From: a virus
Reading direction: 5' to 3' (one strand)
Virus record (IMG/VR): IMGVR_UViG_3300045988_173593
Span: 446-64,445 of that record
Length of the DNA stretch: 64,000 nucleotides
Part shown: piece by piece, positions 1 to 9,413 of the stretch
Position numbering within the stretch: the first letter of the stretch is position 1
Layout: each line of letters opens with the position of its first letter
Position numbers and translations under genes: made by a program
The notes under the pieces: generated by a model
Databases searched by the model: none
What the model was told of the DNA's origin: nothing
The model's input: the letters and a program-made list of their open reading frames with translations, nothing else

Positions 1-690
1 TCGGTTTCAAGTAATCCGCCGGACTGAATATCTTCAGATTTCTTTCTGGCTTCTCTCTGTTTTATTTTCAGAATTTTGCTCTGCCTTTGTTTCGTGTTGA
101 TCTTCTTGCATTTTATCTTCGAAAGATGTATTGTAATGTTTTGAACAGGATGAATCCGAACAGGAGACCGCAGAAGAGTCCCCGGCAGATTCCGGAAAAA
201 TAAGGGTAGGGAGAATCCATAATGTTCCTTTTCAGTTGGTTCAATGTTTTCGGGCATGACTACCGCAATGGGTTTGCGGACGGTTTTGCAATCGGCGGCT
301 CGTTTTGGCTTCTTCTTTTTATATTCCGTGCCTGTTACGTCTGGCGTGTGCATGTGGAGGCAACGCGTCTTGTGATTCAGACATTCCTGATTGAAGCAAA
401 ATACAATAACATCAATGCGTCCGGAATTGGAAAGTTCCGTTCCTGTATTGTTAATGATGAGATCCTGAACGTTCCGCAGAAAGCAAAGCTTTTTGACTTC
501 TGTGATTTTCTTGATTCATACGCCATACGGAAAACCAATGTTATGGAACTGAAAAAAGATGCTGCCGTTTCAGATATTCAGGACTGGCTGAATAAAACGT
601 ATTTCCCGCTCCTGAAGATTTTCTTCCGTTCTCCATTACGGAACTTCTGCTTTATTCTGACTCATTCTTTAGGCAAAGCGTAGACAGGCA

Positions 691-1014
691 TCATTTCCTG
701 ATCCCTCTCAGCCTGTCGTTTTCCTTTTCAAAGAGCGCAATCAGCGTTTTATGCAATTCAATCTGCCGCTTTTGCGCCTGTATCTGCATGTCCTTGTAAT
801 GCTCGGACAGCAGAATCAGATAACACGTAAGCGACATCACCGCCGCTATGAAATACCCCATCGAGGCATTTATGTCATTGCTGCCGTAAAACTGATACAG
901 CGATACGCCTGAAAGCATGACTGAAACCAGCACAAATAAAATCATGATTGCCATAGCAAAATCTCCCTTGTTGATTATTGAACCATGAATCATAGACAGA
1001 ATAACTCCGTCCAT
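691..1014 (-). CDS. small membrane protein (two hydrophobic helices)
   Basis: ORF track; hydrophobic segments ILFVLVSVMLSGVSLY and FIAAVMSLTCYLILL. Confidence 0.4.
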   Translation of the reverse strand: MDGVILSMIHGSIINKGDFAMAIMILFVLVSVMLSGVSLYQFYGSNDINASMGYFIAAVMSLTCYLILLSEHYKDMQIQAQKRQIELHKTLIALFEKENDRLRGIRK

Positions 1015-1045
1015 GATTCATTTCTCAATGATTTGAAATTGTATT

Positions 1046-1231
1046 TCATCCTTCGCCGTCGCCGTCGCCGTTGCCGGAGCCGTTGCCTTCGCCGTAGCCG
1101 GAGCCGTCGCCGTTGCCGGAGCCGTTGCCGTAGCCGGAGCCGTCGTCGTAGCCTTCGCCGTTGCCGTCGCCGTGGCCTTCGCCGTAGCCGGAGCCTTCGC
1201 CGTGGTGCTTAGTCCTCAATAAATTTTTCAT
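1046..1231 (-). CDS. glycine-rich low-complexity protein (G-[EDN]-G-[SY] repeats)
   Basis: Periodic GCCGTN-type DNA repeat. The minus frame gives GEGSGYGEGHGDGNG...; internal ATG at 1231 follows the stop of the upstream gene. The Arg-rich reading 985..1212 on the opposite strand is taken as an artefact. Confidence 0.3.
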   Translation of the reverse strand: MKNLLRTKHHGEGSGYGEGHGDGNGEGYDDGSGYGNGSGNGDGSGYGEGNGSGNGDGDGEG

Positions 1232-1604
1232 AGGTATTTTTCGCTCCGTCTGCAACAGGAATGTATTCAATCGCGTTTGTGAGATAGACTTCACCGGTCC
1301 GGTTCAGCCGTCCGCCTTTGATTCCGTTGTTTGCGACCGCTGAAAGGCTCAAGCCTCCGCCTTCCCATGCCCAGAGGCGCAGCGCATCGGTGAGTTTGAC
1401 TTCCATGCTGTTATCCGGGTTAACCCAGGCGACCGTTCCGATATGCACACCGGCGCTGTATGTCCTGATGACGCAATACTTGCCGAGCATCGGGTGCGGT
1501 GCGCTCTCTCTTGCGGTTGTCTTTGTGTCGTCCTGAAGGTTGAAGCCTTTTGCCAGCTTCACGATCTCTTTCAGTTCTCTGATTGTGAGATTGTCAATAT
1601 CCAT
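1209..1604 (-). CDS. hypothetical protein
   Basis: 131 aa ORF with non-repetitive composition. Confidence 0.45.
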   Translation of the reverse strand: MDIDNLTIRELKEIVKLAKGFNLQDDTKTTARESAPHPMLGKYCVIRTYSAGVHIGTVAWVNPDNSMEVKLTDALRLWAWEGGGLSLSAVANNGIKGGRLNRTGEVYLTNAIEYIPVADGAKNTYEKFIED

Positions 1605-1831
1605 TTTGTTTCCCCTTTTTTGTATGAGTTGAAATTATGCCGGTTCGGCGGTAACAGTTTTTGCTGAAAACCGCCGGAACCGGCGAAAAGTGTTACATCA
1701 GTTTTCACCGCCCCATCCTTGTCGGTTTGCTGGTTCGCCCGGGGACTGTGCCGGGCTGGATGGCGTATATTCGTATTGTCAAAAAGCACCTTTTAAGCGG
1801 AAAGGCTAAGCATCCTTTCTTTATTGTGATT

Positions 1832-1850
1832 TATTGTTCTTAATCACAAT
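1832..1850. promoter_or_regulatory. operator-like repeat ATTGTTCTTAATCACA (copy 1)
   Basis: Same 16-mer recurs at 2076-2091. Copy 2 forms the dyad TGTTCTTaatcacatttcAAGAACA. Confidence 0.4.
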
Positions 1851-2049
1851 TTTTGATAAAAAAATCCCTGTATTCTTTAGGTAGAGTAAGATATTTTTCA
1901 TGAATGATTTCTTCAAGACAAAGTTTTTTTGTCTGTTTCTGATACCGACGAATTGCCTCAAGTTCATTCTTTGCTGAAATTGTCACGGTAACAGAGCTAT
2001 CTACATTCATTGTTTTCTTTCGCTTCTTCATTTTATCCTCACTCCTCAC
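1840..2049 (-). CDS. small basic protein divergent from the repressor (Cro-position gene)
   Basis: 69 aa ORF transcribed divergently from the CI-like repressor, flanked by the operator-like repeats. Confidence 0.4.
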   Translation of the reverse strand: MRSEDKMKKRKKTMNVDSSVTVTISAKNELEAIRRYQKQTKKLCLEEIIHEKYLTLPKEYRDFFIKNCD

Positions 2050-2075
2050 TTGTTGATCTGATATAATACAATATA

Positions 2076-2102
2076 ATTGTTCTTAATCACATTTCAAGAA
2101 CA
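2076..2102. promoter_or_regulatory. operator-like inverted repeat TGTTCTT-N11-AAGAACA in the divergent promoter region
   Basis: Seen in sequence. Lies between the divergent genes; the extended -10 ctgTATAAT at 2139-2147 precedes the repressor RBS GAAAGGAG. Confidence 0.45.
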
Positions 2103-2161
2103 AAATCAAATATTTTTCTATTATTTTTTATTTTCTGCTGTATAATAGAAGCGAAAGGAGC

Positions 2162-3178
2162 TTGATTATGCCATATATTACACCGGAAATAAAAAAGGCC
2201 CTGCTGAACTTAATAGAAGATGAAGGTTCAGCGCTTGAACTATCCAGAAAGACGGGAATTTCTCATTCCACATTCAGCAAGTATATTTCAGGGGGAATCT
2301 CGCGAATAAATCAGGCAAATTGGAACCTGATAGCCCCCTTGCTATTACCATATTTACCGGAAATAGAACGCGACAAAGTAAGAAGTCAATTAACAGTTCG
2401 ACAGCAAATCAATCCGGAAAGACATACCCCCCCGGCCACTCGCAACACAATCCGCAACACTCCGGAACTCCGCGAGTGTATTAAAGATGCGATGCTGGAA
2501 CAGGGAATCCGTGGCGCGTCTGAGTTGTGTAAACAGATTGGATATGATACTCCCGGGACTTTGGAGCGGCTTCTCTCCGGCAAGATCAACTGGTTTCCAG
2601 ACATGCTGTCCGCTGTTCTGGATAATCTGAAGATCAACCATGATGATGCGCCGATGTCGCCGGCGGAACGTGGTTTGTTGCAGCCGGAGGGAATTTATTA
2701 CAATGACGGAACACCGAAAACCCGTGCAGTTCTTGTGCATTATCAGCCCGTGATATCATGGGCGAATGCAGCAAGTTATATTGATTGTTTGATTAGCAAC
2801 GATGGAGCAGTAATGAAAAAATGGAGTCCGGATGAGGTAGATGAAACGGTTCCGGTGCCTCTGGATATACGCGGAGTTTGTTCAATTTTCCGGATTTCCG
2901 GTCAGTCGATGGAACCGGCGATTAATGACGGAGATATTATTTATTGCGAACAGATGATGGATTTGCATACCATTCCTGACAAGCGTGTTGTGGTTGTAAA
3001 GTTTTCGGACTGCAACAAGTTTGAGGATTGTATTGTCTGCAAACGTTTCCGCCGAATCGGTGATAAGATTCTCTTGACCAGTGACAATCCAGCCGGTCGT
3101 GAGTTTGAACTTGAACCGCAGGATATTACATGGATCGGAATCCTCCGCAAATTGACCAAGAACGGTGATACTATATGA
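2162..3178 (+). CDS. CI/LexA-like repressor: N-terminal HTH regions plus C-terminal S24 peptidase domain
   Basis: C-terminal ISGQSMEPAINDGDIIY...KRVVVV matches the S24 Ser-Lys dyad family (GDSMEP-type motif, Lys in KR). N-terminal repeats resemble HTH (SRKTGISHSTFSKYISG). Confidence 0.8.
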   Translation: MIMPYITPEIKKALLNLIEDEGSALELSRKTGISHSTFSKYISGGISRINQANWNLIAPLLLPYLPEIERDKVRSQLTVRQQINPERHTPPATRNTIRNTPELRECIKDAMLEQGIRGASELCKQIGYDTPGTLERLLSGKINWFPDMLSAVLDNLKINHDDAPMSPAERGLLQPEGIYYNDGTPKTRAVLVHYQPVISWANAASYIDCLISNDGAVMKKWSPDEVDETVPVPLDIRGVCSIFRISGQSMEPAINDGDIIYCEQMMDLHTIPDKRVVVVKFSDCNKFEDCIVCKRFRRIGDKILLTSDNPAGREFELEPQDITWIGILRKLTKNGDTI

Positions 3179-3231
3179 ATTGCAAAAGAAGCTTAAAAGA
3201 ATAACTTTGAAAAAATAATGACACCATGTTA

Positions 3232-3257
3232 CCATTTTCCCCGTACGGGGAAAATGG
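3232..3257. terminator. perfect 12-bp stem hairpin CCATTTTCCCCG-TA-CGGGGAAAATGG
   Basis: Seen in sequence, between the repressor gene and the next ORF. There is a T-run on the minus strand side. Confidence 0.45.
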
Positions 3258-3275
3258 ACAAAAAAGGGAAACGGC

Positions 3276-3551
3276 ATGGAAGATGAAATTAAATTTCTGA
3301 AAGAACGTATTGCAAGACTGGAAGAACGTATCCAGTATGCAGATGAAAAAATAAGATCCAATAAGGTATCTGTTTATTTCATTTTTTTAATCTTGATAGT
3401 GTTCTTTTTTCTCGTGATGGAATTATACTATCGGGACGGAGAAAAAGCCGAAGTCCTTAAGGTGCTTGATTCAAAAGAGACAACGGAACAACGTTATATG
3501 CTGATGGATGATAAAAGGGAGCAGATAAAAAGTGGCACTCAGAATCATTAA
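3276..3551 (+). CDS. small coiled-coil plus single-TM protein
   Basis: N-terminal heptad-like LKERIARLEERIQ, then hydrophobic VYFIFLILIVFFFLVM. Confidence 0.4.
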   Translation: MEDEIKFLKERIARLEERIQYADEKIRSNKVSVYFIFLILIVFFFLVMELYYRDGEKAEVLKVLDSKETTEQRYMLMDDKREQIKSGTQNH

Positions 3552-4635
3552 AAACAGATACTATATGTATTTCCGGGACGAGCACGGAAAGCTCCGGACA
3601 ATTGCCACTCATGCTTCACTTAATGAAAAAGAAGAGGCTCTGGCGTTTGAAAAAGAATACATGACACAACTTCGTGCCAAAAAGCGACGCCTCCGGATTT
3701 TAAAGGACTTCCCCGAATATGTCGCCATCCAGCCGGAAGCCAAACCGGATTTTGTAGCGGAAGCCCAGCAGCAGAGACGCGGAAGTATGAAATTATCTGA
3801 AATGTGGGAAACCGCTTGTAAATACAGGCAACTTTCCGACACTCATAAAAAGGCGTTGGAACGCTTCATAAAATCAACAAAATTGAAGTATGTATCTGAT
3901 GTAACTCCCCAAATTGCACTTGCCTACCTTACAAATACCTATGGAGCAGGGAATGGAAAAACATTCAATAATAATAAAACATACTTGAATACTATTTTCA
4001 AACTTTGTGTTGTGGAGTCTGGTATTTCTGGTTCTCCTTTTGATTCAGTTTTGAATATGCGCTTGAAAAATGTTGAAGTCCACAGGAAAATAACAGTTGA
4101 AGAGTTCAACCGTCTGTTTCATGCCGCTGCTGAACCATGGAAAACAGCCCTTTTAATGTCATGGCATACAGGAATGAGGGTAAGTGATTGCTTTACCTTG
4201 AAATGGGACGAAATTCAAGGTGATGCGATTATAAAAATTCCTAATAAGACATTGCGCTTCAATCGTTCTGTTTATATCCCAATACATAAAGAGTTGCAAG
4301 ATCATTTGAATACATTACCGAAGCCAAAAGACAAAAAACAAGCTGTTTTATCGCCGTTTCTTACATCAAGATTCAAACGGGTTTCCGGTGCTAGAATGCG
4401 CTATATCCAGAATCTTTTCAAAACATGTAAGGTTTTAGATACAAAAGATGGAAAAGCCAGCTTTCACAGTCTTCGTGCAACGTTTATTACACGTTGCGAA
4501 GAAGCGGGAATTCCCCGTTCGGCAATTCGTGGTATGGTAGGTCATGTATCCGATGTTACAACAGATAATTATAGTCAGGACAAGGTAACTCCACGCCTGA
4601 TATTAAACTTGCCATCTGTATGTAAAAATGTATGA
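3532..4635 (+). CDS. int: tyrosine site-specific integrase
   Basis: C-terminal catalytic region HSLRATFITRCEEAGIP...GHVSDVTTDNYSQ (R..H..R..Y pattern of the phage integrase family). Located next to the repressor and att. Confidence 0.88.
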   Translation: MALRIIKNRYYMYFRDEHGKLRTIATHASLNEKEEALAFEKEYMTQLRAKKRRLRILKDFPEYVAIQPEAKPDFVAEAQQQRRGSMKLSEMWETACKYRQLSDTHKKALERFIKSTKLKYVSDVTPQIALAYLTNTYGAGNGKTFNNNKTYLNTIFKLCVVESGISGSPFDSVLNMRLKNVEVHRKITVEEFNRLFHAAAEPWKTALLMSWHTGMRVSDCFTLKWDEIQGDAIIKIPNKTLRFNRSVYIPIHKELQDHLNTLPKPKDKKQAVLSPFLTSRFKRVSGARMRYIQNLFKTCKVLDTKDGKASFHSLRATFITRCEEAGIPRSAIRGMVGHVSDVTTDNYSQDKVTPRLILNLPSVCKNV

Positions 4636-4661
4636 GTATATTATAATTTTATACTTAAATA

Positions 4662-4690
4662 GCAGGGTTCGATTCCCTTCACCCGCTCCA
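4662..4690 (+). other. tRNA 3'-end fragment (T-arm GGTTCGATTCC, acceptor 3' strand, CCA): candidate att core
   Basis: GGGTTCGATTCCCTTCACCCGCTCCA lies 27 nt after the int stop. No complementary 5' acceptor strand upstream, so this is not a full tRNA. Confidence 0.5.
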
Positions 4691-4953
4691 TATTTTTATT
4701 CTGTTTGAGTTCAAAATATAGATTTTTTGGCTAATCCTCGCTCAAAATATCAGCCTCAATATTAATTTGCAATGTATGTAGTAATGTATGTAACTCCGAT
4801 AATAAAAATAAGCGGTATCACGCCATTTCTCAATAGCAGTGATACCGCGTTGGATACATCAAAGAAACAAAATCCGTTCCGCAAATTCAGGATCAAACTC
4901 CCATAAAGCTTCAAAAATTTTGTTTTCTTTGAAAATATAATCCATTCTGAACC

Positions 4954-5739
4954 TCACTTGAAGCGTCCCATGGAATCACGGGAACGACCGCGCCGCCCGT
5001 ATTCCTCAACTTCAACAATCGGAAGCATACGGTCTCTGCGTCTGCTTCGGTCATTGTAGCCGAGTTCTCTGTTACTTCTGTAGGAATGCCCGCCAAGGAA
5101 CATCCTGGCATAACCGGATATCGCTTCTTCCTTGGCTTGTTCCTCAAGTTCCTCTGGCTGGTTCTCTGAATATCCCGTCATCGCCATACAAAGTTCATTA
5201 AACTCTTTCATGGCTTCATAAGGCTCACATTCAGCAATTTTCTTGATCAGTGAAGCGGCTTCTTTGATGATCAGGCATTTGATTTCCTCATCGTCAAGTT
5301 CATGTCCGACAGCCTCGCCGATACGCTCTTTGGCTTCGTGCATTCTGTCTTCAGAAGCGTATCTGGAACGCCGTCTGGAACGATAGGAATACTCACGACC
5401 GGAATCACGGTCGTAATCATAATCCGGATTATACTCCCGATTTGCCGGGTAGCCTCCAAGTCCACGTTCGTTATATTCCAGCCGTCGCGCATACCCGCGA
5501 CTGGAACTGTTATCCATACCCTGTGACCGTGAATCAGAATAGCGTCCGCCGGAATAACGGGTAGCCTCTCCGTCATTTTGGACACCATCAGCCATTTTCT
5601 GGACAAGGTAATTCAACATCAACCATGACATTTTATCGGGGTCGCTACTTTTCAGCTCCTCAATAAACGTCTCCTTATTGTATTTTTCGGGATACATTTC
5701 GTGATGCTCCCCCGATTTCATTTCGTTTTGTTTATCCAT
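4954..5739 (-). CDS. highly charged, disordered RS/RD/Y-rich protein
   Basis: 261 aa. SRRRSRYASEDR, YDYDRDSGREYSYRSRRRS; no recognisable fold. Confidence 0.4.
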   Translation of the reverse strand: MDKQNEMKSGEHHEMYPEKYNKETFIEELKSSDPDKMSWLMLNYLVQKMADGVQNDGEATRYSGGRYSDSRSQGMDNSSSRGYARRLEYNERGLGGYPANREYNPDYDYDRDSGREYSYRSRRRSRYASEDRMHEAKERIGEAVGHELDDEEIKCLIIKEAASLIKKIAECEPYEAMKEFNELCMAMTGYSENQPEELEEQAKEEAISGYARMFLGGHSYRSNRELGYNDRSRRRDRMLPIVEVEEYGRRGRSRDSMGRFK

Positions 5740-5845
5740 TTTTAACCTTTCTAGCCGAATTTCTTCAGCCGGATTTTTTTGTGAAGTAAAAATTCAAGAT
5801 TATGCTCAAGGTTGGAAACGCCAGGGAAGCTCGTCACTTCTTCCC

Positions 5846-6163
5846 TCACCGTCCACCCCCCATGAACATATTCATCATGGGATTGAATCCACCTCCGCCC
5901 ATCGGAGGCATCATTCCTCCCCCGCCGCCCATCATACGCTGAAACATCTGCTGCATGATGCCCTGCGGATTCTGCTGCGCCTGCTGGATCATATTCACGG
6001 CTTGCGGGTCGCGCAAGCGCCCGTCAAGCTGAAGTATCCAGTTTGCCACCTTCTGATCGATTCTGTTTCCGTTTTTTGCCTCGCTTTCAACGATTTCCAT
6101 CGCATAGGATTTTCCATCATCTCCGGCGGTGATTTTAATTGTCGTAAAACCTTTTTCAGCCAT
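5846..6163 (-). CDS. protein with Met/Gly-rich C-terminal tail
   Basis: C-terminus MMGGGGGMMPPMGGGGFNPMMNMFMGGGR. Confidence 0.4.
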   Translation of the reverse strand: MAEKGFTTIKITAGDDGKSYAMEIVESEAKNGNRIDQKVANWILQLDGRLRDPQAVNMIQQAQQNPQGIMQQMFQRMMGGGGGMMPPMGGGGFNPMMNMFMGGGR

Positions 6164-6734
6164 GATTGTTTCCTCCGTTTGAACTCATATTGTTTCCGAA
6201 TGCCGGAGGCATTGTGATTGCCGGGGCATAAGTCGGCGTTTGTATAAACGGTAATGCGGGTGCCGGCAGAATCGTCGATGTCTGAAACATCGGAGGATAA
6301 TATGCCTGAGGCGGCCCCTGCTGAAAAAACTGCGGAGCCTGCTGATATTGAAACCCCTGTTGAAAACCCTGATTTGGATTCTGAGGTGTGGCTTGCTGCG
6401 GTTTTTGAAGCAGCTCTTTCAGCTCAGAAAAACTGTTCTTCAGTTCACCGACTTCACCATAGAGCTTTTTTACCGGATCATCCTCAACCACATCAGACGG
6501 ATTGACAGGATACTTTTTCCGAATGTCGGCAATTTCTTCCCGCAATGCGGCAAAATGTTTTTCATAAGCCTCATTTTCAAGGCGTATCCGTTCCTCTGAA
6601 ACTTTTCCTGCCTCATTCTTCTGCTCCCCGACTTTCTCTTCAGTCGCAACTCCTTCAGGCACAGGAGTCTCTTTCAATACATCCGCGCTTTCATCTTCCG
6701 GAATCAGTGTCTTTTCAGCTTCTTCGCTCATCAT
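6156..6734 (-). CDS. acidic N-terminus, Q/P-rich C-terminus protein
   Basis: QQATPQNPNQGFQQGFQYQQAPQFFQQGPPQAYYPP. Confidence 0.4.
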   Translation of the reverse strand: MMSEEAEKTLIPEDESADVLKETPVPEGVATEEKVGEQKNEAGKVSEERIRLENEAYEKHFAALREEIADIRKKYPVNPSDVVEDDPVKKLYGEVGELKNSFSELKELLQKPQQATPQNPNQGFQQGFQYQQAPQFFQQGPPQAYYPPMFQTSTILPAPALPFIQTPTYAPAITMPPAFGNNMSSNGGNNHG

Positions 6735-6945
6735 GGCTCCTTCTTTTTCTGTTTCCTGATACCATGATCGCGGTCACGTGGATATGGAAACAGCATGATA
6801 AAAGTGTTTTAGGAAAAGTCACAGTTTTTTTTAGATTTCCATCTCCTAGTGATTGCTTTTATCTTTTACCAGCAAGACAGAGTCCGGAATCTGTTGAGCA
6901 CTCGAACAATCAAAAAAAAACTCAAAAAAACACGAGGTATCAATT

Positions 6946-7686
6946 ATGGATGCGGTTCCGATTTACAACGTAAATCCCGGTGCTGGAAGCGGTTTCAACG
7001 GCTGGGAAGCAATGGCGCTTTTGAACAATGGCAACAGAAACAACGGCTGGGGTGACGGCGGCTGGTGGATCTGGATTCTTCTCCTGTTCTGCTTCTGGGG
7101 CTGGGGTGGTAATGGCTGGGGTGGCAATGGAGGACGCGGTGGTTGCGGATGTTGCTGTAACTCCGGAATCGGTGCTCTCGGTGCCGATCTCGCAATCACT
7201 GACGCAACCAATATTGCGGAAATCAAAGCCGGTCTCAACTATACGGCACAGACGCAGGTGGGACAGACCAATCTGATGGGGCAGATCAAGGACAATATGT
7301 TTGCCGGTTTTGCCAATCTGAACAATGCGGTAACAAACTCCGCATTCCAGAATCAGCTCGGCCAGCGCGATCTTCAGGCTCAGATTGCGTCCTGCTGCTG
7401 CAATACCCAGTCCAGCATTGCGGCTGTGAACAACAACATCACACAGCAGTTCGCCCAGCTGAATTACAACAACGCGATGCAGACTTGCGAAGTCAAGCAG
7501 GCCATTGCGGCAGAAGGCGCGGCGACTCGTGCGCTTATCAATGCGCAGTACACACAGAACCTGGAACGCCAGCTGGCGGAATCCAAACAGCAGCTTTTCG
7601 TTTATGAAAAGTTCGGCCGTTATGCCAATAACGGCTGCTGCGGATCGACTCCTGCTTGCGGCTGTGCTTGCGCGACGGGTTGCTGA
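6946..7686 (+). CDS. Gly/Trp/Cys-rich membrane-anchored protein with Q/N-rich coiled region
   Basis: GWGDGGWWIWILLLFCFWGWGGNGWGGNGGRGGCGCCCNSG; C-terminus CCGSTPACGCACATGC. Confidence 0.4.
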   Translation: MDAVPIYNVNPGAGSGFNGWEAMALLNNGNRNNGWGDGGWWIWILLLFCFWGWGGNGWGGNGGRGGCGCCCNSGIGALGADLAITDATNIAEIKAGLNYTAQTQVGQTNLMGQIKDNMFAGFANLNNAVTNSAFQNQLGQRDLQAQIASCCCNTQSSIAAVNNNITQQFAQLNYNNAMQTCEVKQAIAAEGAATRALINAQYTQNLERQLAESKQQLFVYEKFGRYANNGCCGSTPACGCACATGC

Positions 7687-8166
7687 TGTTTTCCGTGACT
7701 CCCTGTTTTTTAACAGGGAGTTTATTTGAACTTAACTCTTAATAGGAGAATGAAAAATGGCTTGCAGACGTAATTTCTTTTGTCGCTATGCCCTTGGCGC
7801 TCCGGTTGTCGGATCAGCGAATGTCATTTATTCGATGCGAACAACCCTCTGCCGCTTGATGAATCAGGATTTGTTTATTGTAACAATTCCTGCTTCGACA
7901 ACTTCAACACTTCCTCCGCAAGTGCAACTTTGCAACGGAACCGTGTTGCCGATTGTCTTTTCAAGCACGGAAGCAGCGGCACAGGCATCCGGCCTGCTTG
8001 GCCAGCGTGCCTATCTCGCGACAATCCTTTGCGTAGATGGTGCGCCGACGCTGAACATTCTGAATGCAATGAATGCCGCTACGGCTTCCGCCTGATGCTG
8101 GCTGATTGATTCTTTTTCTGTTTCCCGGCTGAAATATGCCGGGTTTTATTTATTTTGAGGTAAAAT

Positions 8167-8718
8167 ATGAACGATATTTTTATCTGTAAACTGGACTTTG
8201 ATACATATGCCCGCGAACTTGCAATTCCGGTTGCAATTAGTTGCAGGTTCGGAAAATGCCATGACTTCGGCAATCCTCAAAGAGATTGCAAGGCGATCTT
8301 TGATACAGGGGCAACAGCCTCAATGATCTCCTCCGATATTGCAAATGAATTAGGGCTGATACCCTATGATACAGCAACTGTTTCTGGAGTCCACGGAACA
8401 GAGTCATCCAATATTTACATCATTGACATGATCTTCCGTAACGGGTTCAAAATACCGAATATCAGTGTTTCGGAGGCGGGAGGCTCAGCCGGCTTCGATC
8501 TTCTCATCGGAATGGATATTATCTCTAAAGGGACAATGCTTCTTTCCGGATCCCATGGCAGAACATTTTTTTATTTTGCTTATCCGTCTCAAATCAAACA
8601 GCCTGAACCTTTGCTTTCATTGCCTTCAGAGCATTTTCCAGAGCTTGAATCATCTTGCAATCGGGCTTGCAGCGTGTGCAATCTCCATGACATGAAAAAT
8701 TCAGAACCAGCTTTTTAG
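8167..8718 (+). CDS. retropepsin-like (clan AA) aspartic protease domain protein
   Basis: IFDTGATASMISSDIANELGL contains the D-T/S-G-A active-site signature, followed by LLIGMDII. Confidence 0.5.
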   Translation: MNDIFICKLDFDTYARELAIPVAISCRFGKCHDFGNPQRDCKAIFDTGATASMISSDIANELGLIPYDTATVSGVHGTESSNIYIIDMIFRNGFKIPNISVSEAGGSAGFDLLIGMDIISKGTMLLSGSHGRTFFYFAYPSQIKQPEPLLSLPSEHFPELESSCNRACSVCNLHDMKNSEPAF

Positions 8719-8998
8719 CTTGGCAATCAGAACAAAGCCCGCTTCTCAGTTCACATTTTTCACATGCTTTTCGGCAATGATAACAACTGACCTTACCCTT
8801 CCGTTGCGCCTTGATACATCGGTTGCATTCGAGTTCTTTCTTTTTCTCGCAAACATGCGATTTGCTGTAAAGATACCGTATCCCGACTTCCGACCGTTCG
8901 ATTTTATCAGGTGCTCCGAGATAATCTCTTGTATAGCGCAAGCTGGAAAATCCGAGGATTGCCGCCGCCTCTTTTGATGATAGCAATTGTTCCTCCAT
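8594..8998 (-). CDS. excisionase/MerR-like HTH with C-terminal multi-CxxC zinc-finger region
   Basis: N-terminal SKEAAAILGFSSLRYTRDYL; four CxxC pairs (CYHCRKACEKC, CSDCQ, CHGDCTRCKPDC). Confidence 0.45.
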   Translation of the reverse strand: MEEQLLSSKEAAAILGFSSLRYTRDYLGAPDKIERSEVGIRYLYSKSHVCEKKKELECNRCIKAQRKGKVSCYHCRKACEKCELRSGLCSDCQAKKLVLNFSCHGDCTRCKPDCKMIQALENALKAMKAKVQAV

Positions 8999-9000
8999 TC

Positions 9001-9330
9001 TTACCTCACACGATGCACAACGGTTCCATTTTCAAGAACTTCGGGCATAAACTTTTCTTTTTCGATGATTTCTGCTCTCCGTGCGGCATTTTCAGCAATC
9101 CACGGCATTGGATCAGAATCATCTGTCAAAGGATTGGAGCGTTTTTTTATTTGCATGATTTTCATATAGGGGGCGTGCATTTCTTCCAAAGCATGAGGCG
9201 GTCCGAGTTTTGGAGTATTCCAATAGGCAAAATAAGGTTTGTCTTCAGAACTGAATTCAATGATAAAATCTTTGCCGGGAATGGCATCCGGCATTAATGT
9301 TGTAACAACCTTTTCCAGTTTTTGCTTCAT
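9001..9330 (-). CDS. hypothetical protein
   Basis: 109 aa ORF. Confidence 0.45.
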   Translation of the reverse strand: MKQKLEKVVTTLMPDAIPGKDFIIEFSSEDKPYFAYWNTPKLGPPHALEEMHAPYMKIMQIKKRSNPLTDDSDPMPWIAENAARRAEIIEKEKFMPEVLENGTVVHRVR

Positions 9331-9413
9331 GCTTCATTCTCCTGTTTTTTTTCAAAAACATAAAGCAAGACACTGATTTTCAAAAGTCCGGAAAATAAGT
9401 GTTCCGTTATTTA

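Noticed and set aside
985-1212. Arg-rich ORF (RRRRCRSR...) on the plus strand
   Set aside because: Opposite-strand reading of the same GCCGTN periodic repeat, with no RBS. The minus-strand Gly-rich reading is contiguous with the upstream gene, though neither reading is certain
4615-4690. Full-length tRNA gene
   Set aside because: Only the T-arm, acceptor 3' strand and CCA are present. The upstream 45 nt are AT-rich and not complementary to the acceptor strand
7757-8109. Two overlapping plus-strand ORFs (7757..8095, 7780..8109)
   Set aside because: Mutually exclusive frames with no distinguishing features; left unannotated
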